Positions 51,170 to 64,000 of a stretch of 64,000 nt of DNA are shown piece after piece. The DNA is from Eledone cirrhosa. Taxonomy: Eukaryota. Location of the stretch: positions 71,362,001 to 71,426,000 of the forward strand of contig OZ024744.1 of NCBI GenBank assembly GCA_964016885.1, given 5' to 3'. The position numbers and the translations under genes are program-made. Position 1 is the stretch's first letter; each line of letters begins with the position of its first letter. Under the pieces are notes generated by a model. The model was not told the DNA's origin and searched no databases. It saw only the letters and a list, made by a program, of their open reading frames with translations.

Positions 51170-53320
51170 TTTATGAGGTTTTTACATCCTCCTCCCCTAT
51201 TTGCTAGCCCCTCACAATCTCAGTGTGTGTCTAAGATACCATTTCAATCGCATACAATCACAAAAGAGCGAAGTATTTCTTGAAAGGTCCCCCTATGTCT
51301 GAAGAAATCAGGTTCTCCAGTCCTTGTCATTTGCTGCTGGTCATGTCCAGTACCACCGACTTACCTCCCGTGAACAGGAAGATGCTTTGTATCGTGAATC
51401 TAAGCTTTTCCGAAACAACTGCAACTACACATCTCAATCCCAGCTTGGAGAGGCATACACTCATAACCGCCGAAAATGGGTGCGAAGGGTAGTGTCTCGG
51501 AAATTCTGGTTTCGCTTATGGCCACCACATCTATGTTTAGTGACCTGAGATCGTTAAGCAAGTGCCTTACTTCCATGACAATCCTAGGCCACATGCATTT
51601 ACACTGCCAATCCTGAGTAAGGCCTTATTTGATGAGGAGAAAGGAAAGTGAGAAAACTCATTTACGTCAATCGTGTGGCGGAAGAAGTGTTGATCTGTCC
51701 CTTCTGCTAATTGAGGGCTTTGTCAGAAGAACATCACTGTATTTTTTTTATTTATGGACTCAATTTTTAATTTTGTGTATGTGTCTTGGGTGGTTTCTAT
51801 AATTTGTATGAGTTTTGGTATGGTTATTGTTGGTGTGGTGTAGTTATCTGTAATGTGTGTGTGTTCCATTTATTCATTAAATTTTCGTTTTGTTTTGTTT
51901 ATCGCTGTGTAATTTGTCTTTTTTTGCTTTTGATGTTTTTGCTATTATTATTGGGGTGTTGTGTTTTACATGTTGGTGTCTGTGGTGGTAGTGATGTGGT
52001 TGTTGTGTGCCCTATGGCTTTTGCTTTTTTCCTGTCCCCTTTCTGAGGACACAGTAAAAATGTTTTTTAATTTTTCCTTTTTATGTGAGTGATGCTTTGC
52101 CTGGGCGACCTTCGTCACAATCCATGTGTGATTGTACCAAGTCGAGGAGGGGAATATCTTCCTCACGTGTTGTTATTGTTACTGTTATTGTCACCGATGC
52201 TGACGTTTTTTTTTCTTGCGTGTTTGGTGATTTTGTGTTGCAGCTGGCGTTTTTGGCATTTATAGCTGTTGGTTGTGTCCTTCTTTCTGTTGCTGTTGAC
52301 GCTGCTATTTATGTTGGGTGTTTCCTCCCTTGTTGTCTGTTGTGAGCAGAAAGACTTGAGGTGAGATTTTGCCCCACAAGTATGACATTTTGGCTTTCTG
52401 CCTTTCACGGCTACGGGAAGGTGGGCGCCTACCGCAAAATCTATTACATCGGAGATGGTCTTGATGCGCTCTTAGTTTATCCGGATAAGTAGTTCCATTC
52501 CGGATCAGGATCAATTTTTTCTTTTGATCTTGAAGACCATTTAAATAGTCGTTATGTTCTCGACGGCTGCTAGGGCAGCAGCAACTAGCTAAAATGGCTT
52601 CTGTGGGCTGCACCTGGGTCATCTTGACTTTCACTGTGATATAAAGAGTGAGTTTGTCGTTCATGAAGTGGGATACGGAATGACAAAATATCCTCGGGGG
52701 ATATGGGGTTTGCGTGCCTATACGTCTCCTAAGGCCTTCTGGATTTGGACCTTAGTTGATCACTCCACCCAGCGTGATTTAGTTCCAGTTGTATCATACA
52801 ATATGTCATCATGCAAGATAGCTGGTCCTCCATTACGTCAGACGGAGGTTTGAGGTTATTTTGGCTTCTTCTTTGAGAACCATTTTTCTAGATTTTTAGT
52901 TGCTCCCACCAAGGATGCAGCTGACTGTGTAGTTATTGCTTTTGCGTTGCTGACAGCGGCTTCAGTTTGCTTGATGGCTTGGTGGCTGGCTGGTCAACCC
53001 TGTCTGTGATTGTCTGGCTTGCTATTTGTTTAGCTTGTTGGTAGATTCTGACTATTGTCTGAGGTGGAGACCACGAATAGAAACATGCTTTTTTGCGGGC
53101 AGGTTTTCGCAGTTCTGTTTTGTAGACATTGAGGACGAGTCACCACCATTTGTTTTTATTTTAGTAGTGCAATTTGCAATTATATTTGCAATTTTTGTGC
53201 CCTAGGTTGCCTATTATTAGGGCAAATTATAGCGCTTTATTTATACTTTGTAACAAAAATTTCAATAGGAAACGTTTTAAAAACAAGTAAAAAACAACAA
53301 CAAAACTTACGAAGCAAAAG
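51170..53320 (-). mobile_element. Old Tx1-like element E (5'UTR, ORF1, start of APE)
   Basis: 'GRKPKCHTCGAKSHLKSFC' knuckle and 'LLNDLRSLNIDVVAISETR'. ORF1 resembles 62440..63681. Confidence 0.75.
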
Positions 53321-53756
53321 TATGCGTAGCAAGTGATTCGTAAGCGAAATATAATAATGATAAAAAAAAATAATTACAATAACAATAATATACGCATACA
53401 TGTGCGTATGTGTATGAATGGGCAGATGAATGGTTGTCTATATGTGTATAAATGTAGGCATATATATATATATTTATATATGTATATATATTTGCACCCC
53501 CCCCCCACACACACAAATAAACATTCACACATACAAATTGTCTTTAACATCTGTTGAATCTCTGAAAGAATAATTTACGCTTTAGGTTTCATATTTACAA
53601 CGAAGTTGATTATATGGGCAAGTGGTATTGATACTCACTAATACACTTTAAAACCATTGATGTTCCACGCAACCACATGTTATCCTATATTCTACAGAGT
53701 GTAAGAGATTTACCACCCACAGAGAAAACTAAGTTTTCCTTAATCCTTCGGCTTAC

Positions 53757-53787
<31 letters not shown>

Positions 53788-54011
53788 GTATATATATATG
53801 TGTGTTTAAAATACCTTGGCATTTAAACATTCAAACACATATATAAATATGTGTGTGTATGTATCTGTGTCTGTGTAATGTATGTATACATACATATATA
53901 TATACACAGACACACACACACACGCATATATATATATATATATATGTATATATATGTGTTTGAATGTTTAAAGGCCAAGGTATTTTAAACACACATATAT
54001 ATATACATATA

Positions 54012-54061
<50 letters not shown>

Positions 54062-54419
54062 GTGTGTGTGTCTCTGTGTATTTTAGACACACATCATATC
54101 TATATATATGATGTATGTTTAAAACATGTGTGTTTAAAATACCATAGTATTTTAAACTGGTGTACCGAGTGTAAATTTATTTTCTTAGTAGAAACGTGGC
54201 AATGAATTCGAAGTTTCAGCTGTGACGGTTCATCTGGCATATACATATACACATATAATCATATATACACACATATATATGCAGTTATACATGAACCCAT
54301 ACATATGCAGACATGCACACAGACAGACTGACTGACACATAAACACGTGATCGTTCAAATTCGGTCTTGTATTTAGTGATTAATTAACTTAGGTATGTAT
54401 ATAGGTTTGTATGTATGTA

Positions 54420-55232
54420 CCCCTTAGCCTTTGTCAAAGCAGAATTCTAGGAGAAGGAAAACTCTGATATAACACCTGCAACTCTGATGGTATCCAATGA
54501 TGTTGACTTGTTCTTCTTTTTGGTAAATATCATCTTGGTTAAGAGAGTGGGACTGGCTTTGTGCAGTGCCTTTGCTCACTATAAAAGCTTCACGGCACAG
54601 GCATTGCTTTATATCTGGAGATCTCTCTGCACTTGTCGTCACATGGTACCATGGCCCAGCACTATGTGTCAATAATTGTCACAAGTGTAGTGTTTGTACC
54701 CGAGTTTTCAAGTCGCTGGCTGGACTAAAAAGTCACACTCGTTTAGCGCATCAGTAGGGGTTCTCCTACATGGATATGGGGTGGTGGCCGTACTCGAAAA
54801 CGAGTTGGCAGCCACCGTATATATATGTATGAGAGATGACCCCTTAGCCTTTGTCAAGGCAGAATTCTAGGAGAAGGAAAACTCTGATATAACACCTGCA
54901 ACCTTGATGGTATCCAATGACTTGTTCTTCGTTTTGGTAAATATCATCTTGGTTAAGAAAGTGGGACTGGCTTTGTGCAGTGCCTTTGCTCACTATAAAA
55001 GCTTCACGGCACAGGCATTGCTTTATATCTGGAGATCTCTCTGCACTTGTCATCACATGGTACCATGGGCCCAGCACTATGTGTCAATAATTGTCACAAG
55101 TGTAGTGTTTGTACCAGAGTTTTCAAGTCACTGGCTGGACTAAAAAGTCACACTCGTTCAACGCATCGGTAGGGGTTCTCCTACATGGATATAAAGTAGT
55201 GGCCGTACTCGAAAACGAGTTGGCAGCCACCA
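54420..55232 (+). mobile_element. Two tandem ~400-bp RTE-derived non-autonomous elements
   Basis: 54420-54817 and 54840-55232 are near-identical. Each has CTAGGAGAAGGAAAACTC at the 5' end, a C2H2-like 'CSVCTRVFKSLAGLKSH', a terminal hairpin GTGGC...GCCAC and a TA/TATG tail. Confidence 0.7.
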
Positions 55233-55503
55233 TGTATGTATGTATGTTCTTCTGGTTTTATAATTTCACAAAAGTTTTCCCAATAGAGAGAGAGTCGGTT
55301 TCTAACATAGACACAAGACTCTCTCATTGGAATTTACACAACATCAACTAGGTAGATATGTATGTATATCTGCATGTGTAGATATGGATGTTATTGTATG
55401 TGTGGATGTGTATGTCTTGAGTTGTATGTGTGGATGTGTATGTCTTGAGTTGTATGTGTGCATGTGTATATCCTTTGTATCTGTACATGTGTATATGCAG
55501 TTA

Positions 55504-58190
55504 TTAGATGCAAAAGGTTTGGAATGTTTTACATATTCTTACTGTTCCATTAATGGATTGTACTTGTAATTTCCTAACTAGTTGTGTTCTTTCTGTTCCT
55601 GTGAAGCCTAGCTTCTCAAGATTTGTATTGAGGCAGTTACTAACATATCCCAGTGCCCCAATAATCACAGGCATAAATCTGAAGGTGTAATCAGGGTGGA
55701 GTATCAGCAGATTTCTCATCAGCTCTGCATAAATATTCTCCTTTTCGCTAATCTTTGATATTATATTGGCATCTACTGGGCAGCTAATTTCCACTACTGT
55801 GCATGTTTTCTTCTCCCTGTCCCATATCATAATATCTGGTCTGTTATGCCTGCATTTTATTGGGGTTTTTACTGGAACATTCAACCAGTACTCTTTCATA
55901 TTATGTACATGGATGTCTTCCACATTGCTGTAGCTTTTAATGTGTTTATTATCGGGTCTATCTTTTCTACGGATTGTATTGTACAGTGTTTTGGCCATAA
56001 CATCATGCCTCATAGGTACATAGTACCACGATGACATCTTTGGACAGCTGCTTATGGCATGGGTGGCATCTTCTATGTTAATTCTGCAGTCTGCACTTGT
56101 TATCACATCTAGGTGTTTTGCCTGCATCCCTATCTCTTTTGTGAATCAGGTATTTCGTGTTAATCTCCTGTTCTTGGATTGCAAAAGCGTATCCTTCAAA
56201 GTGGGAGCCAATATAGCGGTTATTGGTCCAAGATAGACTACTTTCCTTATCTATATTACCCTCACTCTGGAGCTTCCTGGCAACATACCCATGCATGATT
56301 TTTTGCTGATAAACATGTAGGTTTTCATTCATGGATTCACTGCGATATTGCTGAGCGACTTCCCTGGGTGTGAATTTTTGATTATCACACAGGGAATATC
56401 TCTCGAGGACTTCCTTCCCAACTCTCATGATCTTATCTGTTTCATGCAGATAGACTTACTTGAGGGATGGGCTCCTACGCTTCGAGGTTCGTAGATGTTG
56501 TCGGAGGGATATGATGCGACATTCAAATGCTGTCTGGACTGATGTTAGGCCTCTGCCTCCCTGCTTACGTTTCAAGTAAAGGCGGTCTATGTCACTGTTG
56601 ATGTGGAAGTTTCCGGTGTTGGTTAGTATTTTTTGAGTTCTAACATCAACTGCTCGGATTTCATCTATCGCCCGATTGAATATTCCAAACGTTGGTGTTA
56701 GGATAGGCACAGCAAACACATTGTGAGCCAGTGTTTTGTTTTGCGCAGAGAGTTCCGATGACCATATCTTTCTTAATCGGGTGTAATATTCCCTGGTTAC
56801 GCGTTCCTTATTACAGATAGCATTATAGGATATGTTCTCATCTATCTCCAGGTATCTGTAGCAGTCCTCATCAGATATCGGTGAAACAGTTAGGCCATTG
56901 ATGACAATGTTTCTAGATTGGGTTGTTGTTTTTCCCCCGCTTTACAGTCATGTATGAGCATTTATCTTGGCCAAACTCCATTCCTATATCCTTTGAGAAC
57001 GTTGTAACCAGGTCACGATTTTTCTTCATCCCATCCATGTTCTTGGCATAGAGTTTCAGACCATCCACAAAGAAATTATAGGTCAGGTTCGTATTTATGT
57101 CCTCCTGTGAGCCAATGATGTATCCGTCACATTTCTTGAGCAGAAAGGACAAGGAGTTTAATGACAGGATGAATAATATCACTGAGAGACTGTCCCCCTG
57201 AAATATACCCCTGCGATATTTTATTTTATCAGTGAAAATAGAGTCCTTCCTCTCTGTCTTTAACCTTAGGATAGTAGCCCAAGACAGCTTCTCTATGGCT
57301 CTGATAATAATGTCTGGGACTTTAGCAAGTTAGAGGGCCTCTATCATCCAATAGTGGGGAACAGAATCGAAAGCTTTCCTGTAGTCCAGTCAGACTGTAG
57401 CCATATTCCTCCTAAGTTGTCGCACTGCCGACATCGCAGTTTTGTTGAATAGGAGTTGTTCAGCATATCCCCAAACCCCTTTCTTTCCAGCTGCTTGTTC
57501 ATCTGTGATGATGTTATTATTTTCACAGTGATCTTGGAGGAATAGGTTCAGGCAGGCTGTATACATCTTATACATCAGGTTCTGTCATGCAATGGGTCGG
57601 TAGTTTTTTGCCAAGTGGGTGTCTTTGTTCTTGGGGACCAGTAATGTTTGTGCTAATGTCAACCATTCTAGTATAAATGTATCTCGCTTAAGAACTTGTT
57701 GATCGTCTCTATTGTTGGTGAGGAGTGAGGTTTTTTTGTGTTTGTTTCCATGTAAGCAGAATTGTCACATATCCTATGAATTTTCATAGGTCAGCAATCT
57801 TTTTTTTCTATTTTAGTTATATATGATTGTGGTGTTTTGTTCCTGTTAATATCACTGCTACTACCAAGATAATGCTTCACTGTCGTTGCTAGGGCATATA
57901 AACAGGCGTTGATTTGCCAAAATGTTGGGGTTTTTATCCGTCGTAAATATTCATCTCCTATTTCGTCAATAACACGTAATATTTCATTATTTGTTTTTTT
58001 TTGTTTTTCTTAAATATTGTTGTTTTAATACGTTTGGCAAGAGAAATATTTATACATGAATTAATTTCTCTCTGGAAGATTTCGTTGAGGGAAATTTTCA
58101 ATTGTTTATACTTTTGATGATTATCATTATCGATAGTATTTTCCACAATAGTCGAGGTAAGCTCGGATGTTGTGAAGCCCAAATTAAGGT
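55504..58190 (-). mobile_element. R4/Dong-like non-LTR element (RT, CCHC, restriction-like endonuclease), disrupted
   Basis: 'NRPDIMIWDREKKTCTVVEISCP' (PD..E endonuclease), 'IQEQEINTK', 'DIDRLYLKRKQGGRGL', 'FVDGLKLYAK', 'GMEFGQDKC'. Confidence 0.88.
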
Positions 58191-58299
58191 GGAAGAAGGT
58201 TGCACTTCCAAAACAACTAAACGTGGCTCGTCTGAAGACAGAAGATGTCAGAGCTGAGCTGAGTTGTCGAAGTCCATGGATTCAGTTGCTTCTGTACCT

Positions 58300-60440
58300 G
58301 GATTCAGTTGCTTCTGCTCAATTTACCCCCCTTCATCTCTAGGACTCTACACTTATTAACACCAAATTCCATACATATATCATTGCTGAAAATACGGACA
58401 GTGTCAACAAGTACATCCAATTCCTTCTCACTCTTCCCCAAAAATGTAAGATCGTCCATGAAGAGGAGGTGGTTTATGGTAAGCTCTCCTCTTCCCAGCT
58501 TGTATCCTGCTCTCACTTTTCGCAATATAACGGACAGGGGTATCAGGGTAAAGACAAACAACAAAGGGGACAAACTATCTCCCTGGAAGATACCTATCTC
58601 GATCTTCACGCCTACCAAGGATTCTCCACCTGATGTTATCTCTGTTTCCCAGGACTTCATACTTTTACTTAATAACTGTCTGATGTTGTCTGTCACTTTG
58701 AAGATCTCTAGGCCTTTGGTTATCCAAGAATGAGGTACCATGTCGAATGTCTTTTTGTACTCTATCCATCCTATGGCAAGACCAGTGTGTCTCCTTTTGC
58801 AATTCTTCATTACCATCTTATCAATAAGTAACTGGTCCTTTGTACCACGGGACTTCTTTCGGCATCCTTTCTGTTCGTCCGGTAACAAGTTGTTTGTGTG
58901 GAGGTGATGGTAGATTTCCTCAGACACAATGCTTGTTAACAGTTTCCACATTACGGACAGACATGTGATAGGTCTATAGTTGGTAACATCATTACCCTTG
59001 ATTCGGTCTTTCATTACCAGAACTGTGGTACCCTTTGTCAACCACTCTAGTACCTCACCCGACATCAAGCAGTCATTGAACATGGCTGTCAGTTTTGGGT
59101 GGAGGGATGCTATATTTTTAATCCAATACCCCTGCACACCATCTGGGCCTAGTGATTTCCAATTGGTTATTTTTTTTGGCTGCCCTTTAAGAGTTTCAAC
59201 TGTGATACTCAAATCAGGTTGTTGATGTGCTTGTTCACTACTCTCCTTGTGAACTGACACAATCCACACTGCATGACTATTATGTTCAACATCCTGCTCC
59301 CATATTCCTCTCCAGAATGTCTTATTCTGTTCCGCCTCAGGGATCACGTCATTGCCTATTTCTTTCCTTTGAAGCTGTTCAAACAGCATCTTCTGGTTGT
59401 TGTCAAACATGCGGTTCTGTCTATACTGACTGACTCTGCTCTCATACCGCCTAATCTTTGAACATTTTGCTACAATGCGTTGCTTCAGTTCCTCTATGAT
59501 AACATTTAGCTCTTTTCCCCGAGTTTTGTATTTTACTTTCAATCTATTTTTAGTGTCTATGTTTTGCAATGTCCCATTCAGTAAAGACTCAAGCTTTCCA
59601 ATGTCTTTTCTCATTTCTTTGATTTGACCATTCAGTCGTTTCTTCCACCAAGGTTCTGATCTTTCTTGTTTGTTGTTTCCTCTCGTTTTTATACCAAGTA
59701 ATTTTTTCACCACATTTGCGGTTGCTTTGAGGATATTGTTGCATTGGTGAAGGTTCCTCGCCTCAATGTATAGGATGACTTTATTTACCTTAGCTGTTGT
59801 TTCTTTTAACCTTTTCCTGTCTACAAATTATAGGCTTTCCACTATCATTGTTCATTTCATCTACCACTAAGTTCAGAATAACAACCAAATCTTGCCCTAG
59901 CCTATCAGCATTCATTTCCTCAATGGCTATATCTTTGTTCCAGATGTTATTTATTTCAGCATTCAGATCATTGTCTGCTTCGGTTGCTTCCTCGGATCTC
60001 TCAATTTCTTCACCTTCATTTCCCACTGGCTCATTTGCTTGATATACTCCACTCTCCATTTCCAACTCAATCTCTCTGCTCAGTTCCTCCAGTTCCAACT
60101 CGCTCACCCATCCATTAGTTATTATTACACGAGCTTGACCGGCAAATTTTTGTTCACCTAATTTAAATAGACTAATTTTGTTCCAGATGTTATGCATCTG
60201 TTTTCTATAGCTATTTTCCATGGGGTTACTCTTCAGGTAACATTTCATGACAGTTCTATTCAATTCTTTCGTCCAGTTGGTTTTGTCCCATTCCTTCTTC
60301 TTCCTCCAACACCAGTAGTATTTGAATGACAACCAGTTCCATGCGGCTGGGCCAGGGAGCACTTGCTGGGTGAGAGTCTTTCACATGCCGTTTTAGTCTC
60401 CTTTTCACCGTTATTGGAACTGTTTAGGTTCGACATTTAA
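58300..60440 (-). mobile_element. Second R4/Dong-like element, 5' half with RT
   Basis: ORF 58304..59713 ('NYRPITCL', 'GTKDQLLID', 'IFQGDSLSPLLF', 'HLLFMDDL') and N-terminal ORF 59790..60362. Confidence 0.88.
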
Positions 60441-60640
60441 AGACTCATATCTAGGATTAGTGAATTTATGGTTGCATCACCACCGGTGTTTTTAGCGTGA
60501 CACCATCACGTTGTAAAAGAAAAAACAAATGAAAATAAAAATGTTTCGGGGCAATTTATGTGACATTTATCTATCATTATGTTTTGTGCTGTTTTTAATG
60601 TTTCCTAATGAGAATCCTGTTTATAAGTCATTATTATTAT

Positions 60641-61620
60641 CTCACTGCCCTCTGCCTGCTGGGCACCAGTATCGGTGGAACATCCACCTCGGCGTTCTAT
60701 AGAGGACTAGTGGAGGGGAAGAGCGACGACGTCCTCGGAGAGATCCTGGGCGTCGAAGAAGATCAGCTGTTTGCTCTCTTCCGGAGAACTTTCAGCCCAG
60801 GGCCTATGGATAACTTCCAAAAATCCCTGGCAGTGCTACCGGGGAGCGTTGCCGGTTCGAGATAAGCTCTACAGGCACAGAAGTGCCGTCAGCCGAGCTT
60901 GTCCGAGATGCGCGCAGAGCGACGAAACCGTCGTGCACGCACTCGTTCAGTGCCCGACCATTGCTGACTTGTGGAGCTATGTCGAACAGTTGCTGTCGCG
61001 TGTAGGACTGATCCGGTAGTCGACTGAGTCATATTGTGCAGATGGTCTTGCCGTCTTCCTTCGAGGAGGAAGGGCAGGCGGTTTTCATCTGCCTGGTAGC
61101 CATGGCGAAAGGGATTGTGTGGTGGACAAGGTTGAAAAGGTTAAAGACAGACACCTTCCTCTTCGGCGAATCCCTAATTAACTTTTTCAAGTTTCACTTG
61201 AAGAGGAAAATCAGGGTGGAGAGGCAAGTGCTGCCTTCTAGCAAGTTTGTTGAAAGGTGGGTGAATGTAGCGAGAATGGTCCGCGTGAACGGTACCGCTC
61301 TGAATATACGCTTGTAGTTTGAGGAATGGAAAAATTGAGAGAGGGCGCTTGCCCTGGTGGTCAGGGTGGCCGTGGTCTTTTGTGCGGTTATTGCCACGAG
61401 TAAGCCTCAGAGGTTTCCTCCCTATTGCGGAATTTTTTCATTGTTTCAATTTTCATTTTTATTTTTTATATATATATGTTTCTATGTTTTTTTTTTCTTT
61501 TTTTATATAAATAATAAAAATCTTTACACGCACAAAACCCACATCGTACCGTCCTCTACCGTCCTGTGCCGTCCGTAATGTTTTTCTTGATGTCATCCCT
61601 TGTGGCCAATAAAGAAATCA
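60641..61620 (+). mobile_element. 5'-truncated Tx1-like element (ORF2 C-terminus plus 3'UTR) in (TTA)n
   Basis: 'WQCYRGALPVRDKLY..CPRCAQSDETVVHALVQC' and 'WWTRLKRL'. Ends GTGGCCAATAAAGAAATC then (ATT)n; CATTATTATTAT on both sides. Confidence 0.88.
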
Positions 61621-61640
61621 TTATTATTATTATTATTATT

Positions 61641-64000
61641 GTTGGTGAAGCCGCGCTACTTATCGCCTCCAGTATTTTTCAACGTTTTACCTCGTTTTCA
61701 ACCGTTCTAAACCTTTTATTCAAGTTTTAAATTTGATAAAAGTTTAGAAGAAGCGACCCACCTAATACAGGGGTTCACCCGTAAATAATACGGCACCCCT
61801 TTACGGGGTGTCGTATTTGTGTAAAAATATTTTTTCAAAACAAATTTCAATATGGATAACACAAGAAACAGAGAGAGCGCTGTCAGACAACACAGAGAGA
61901 GGGAGACTTTATCAGCATGTCAACAAGACAGCGTTCCAGCGGAGGTAAATATAAACGAAAATATTACAAAGGAAAAGATTGTTACAGATTTAAAATTACC
62001 AAATATTTCTAACACAAACAACACCAACAACAACACCAACAACAACACCAACAATAACACCAACAACAACAACAACAGCAACAAAAAAAAATAACAGCTG
62101 TAAAGTCGAGAACGACAATAACAAAAATAACAGCGGTAAGGTCGAGAACGAAAATAACAATGACAATAACAACAGCCACAACAACAATAATAGTAGGAAC
62201 AGTATCAACAAAAACAACAATAATAACAACAGCCACAATAACAGTAACAACAGCAAGATATAAACGAAAACAACAACAACAACAACACCAACAACTGTAC
62301 CAACGAAAACATCAACAATGACATCGATGCCTGTAATAGCGATCTCAGCACCACCAGTAAGACCAGTAGCAGCAACAATTGTGGTGCTGCTGAAAAAGGG
62401 ACCACTTCTTTTGCAGGTGTCGCCCGAAATATCGAGACAGTGTTAGTCACAGAGGAGGAGATGGCAGTCGCAAGGGAAATGGTGACAAGAAGCGCCAATA
62501 GAGTCTCTCTGAAACCTCCACCCGATTCTTTTAAGGATCAGCAGCTACGGACAGTGACTTACCGCACCGTAAGCAAAATTTCAGTTCGGGTGGAGAGAGC
62601 CACGGAGGCTCAAATCCAAAAGGCCTTGGGGTGCGTCTGGGCACGCGAAACCCACATCATCCGAGGCAGAAAGTACGCCACAGTAGACGTACTTTTCGCC
62701 ACCTCCCAGGAAGCAAAGTCTCACTCTTTGGAAACACTAAAGAGTGAAGAGATAGTCTTGGTGCCCTCCTACTGTGGGCAGAAAATTGTGAGGGTCAAAG
62801 TGACCCAGGTCCCACCCGACGTGCCCATACCTTGGCTGGCCGCGTCTGTCCTTGCTGGAATCGAGGACAGGACGACCATGCTGCAAGTAGAGAAAATAGG
62901 GAGAGAGAACTGGTCAGGTATAGGCATGCAAATGCTTATTCAAACTGACCAGGAATGTATCGACGCTATCCCCGATATCATAGACATCGAGGAAGGACTC
63001 CAACTCCCTATAAGCGTAGAAGGAAGACGGCCAAAATGTTATCTCTGTGGGTCGAAGGGTCACCTCAGGGCCTTTTGCCCGCAGAAGGCAACTAAGAAGA
63101 AAGCCCCTCCCCTTCCAATACCTGGTCCGCTGCTACCAAGAGCAGGGCAGGCAACAAACGCAGAAGCTCCTTCCTCGGAGAGTAGGAGGGCAACGTCCGT
63201 GGCACCCGCACCAAGGCCACAGACAACTAAAGCAGCAGCATCAGTGGCGGCAACACCAATAGCTACATTTGAAGTAGATACACCAACAACAAAATTGCCG
63301 AAGAGGGCTCCACTACCACCACCAACAGCCATGGAGCACTTACCCCTCCCAGACGCCACAGAATCCGACATGGAGTTTGAGGCGGGAGTAAAGTGGCAAA
63401 CGGTCTGCCACAAAAAAGAAAAAAGAAAAAAACCCTTAGATTCACCCTCCAAAAGCGAAGGCACAAAAAGAGGGGCAAAGGCAGCAAGGAAACTTGCAGC
63501 AACACCACCACCATCACCACCACAAGCACCACCGCCAACAACAACCACACCGCCACCAGCATCACCAAAAACACCAACAACGCAAACAAAACAAAACACA
63601 CACACCAAACAGCAACAAGGAGAAACAGCAACAAAATCTCCCCTCCCCCCAAAAGTACACAGCCATAAACATGGCAAGTAAAGAACTCATAAAATATATA
63701 AAGCAGCACAGACATCACGAAAAAAAATTACTACACCCCACCAACACCAAGAACTCTCCTGTCAAACATAAGCATCATCGAAATCTCATTAGAACAATAC
63801 AAACCTTTAAAACAAAAATTCCCCAACGCAGTTGGAGACTTCAGAGGGTCGGTTACTAAGAGGATATACACTGATATCCTCTTGGAAACACCTATGACCA
63901 GCGAAAGGGACGGTTCTACTGTCCCTTCACCACACGATCAAGGTAAGTGACCCTTTCTCACTTGCCCCGTTTCTCATCCAACATGGCCGTACTCAGAATA
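61641..64000 (+). mobile_element. Tx1-like element D: 5'UTR, ORF1 (61852 to about 63950, frameshifted) and ORF2 start at 63983
   Basis: Asn-rich N-terminus; ORF 62440..63681 with 'VEGRRPKCYLCGSKGHLRAFC'; ORF2 start 'MAVLRI' as in copy C. Confidence 0.88.

Noticed and set aside
54420-54480. HDV-like ribozyme at the RTE 5' motif
   Set aside because: I could not assign complete P1/P2 pairings by eye.

Overview
AT-rich, repeat-saturated animal (invertebrate) genomic DNA. I could not support any host protein-coding exon. The SINE, microsatellite and LINE complement is octopus/cephalopod-like, which is an inference rather than a search result. The window holds: (i) at least seven decayed Tx1/L1-clade non-LTR retrotransposon copies or fragments (APE-RT-CCHC ORF2, zinc-knuckle ORF1), several sitting in (GA)/(GATA)n or (TTA)n microsatellites; (ii) two R4/Dong-like LINE remnants, plus RTE, CRE-like, Tc1 and possible Gypsy gag fragments; (iii) about 15 copies of one tRNA-derived SINE, two CORE-type SINEs, two MITE families, a non-autonomous Helitron and an 80-bp tandem array; (iv) Penelope-like elements. 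The most notable signal is a set of short, mostly non-coding elements embedded in (TA)n tracts (11.6, 36.5, 38.6, 39.3, 41.6, 42.5-43.1 and 46.2 kb). They carry hammerhead ribozyme folds, usually with an inverted copy of their own end. They include one fully canonical hammerhead (46201-46279), a divergent twin-hammerhead inverted repeat, and a putative U3:A8 compensatory core variant. The second signal is a set of RNA-level motifs conserved across diverged Tx1 families: a 5'UTR hairpin and a 5'-splice-site-like motif at the ORF1 stop.
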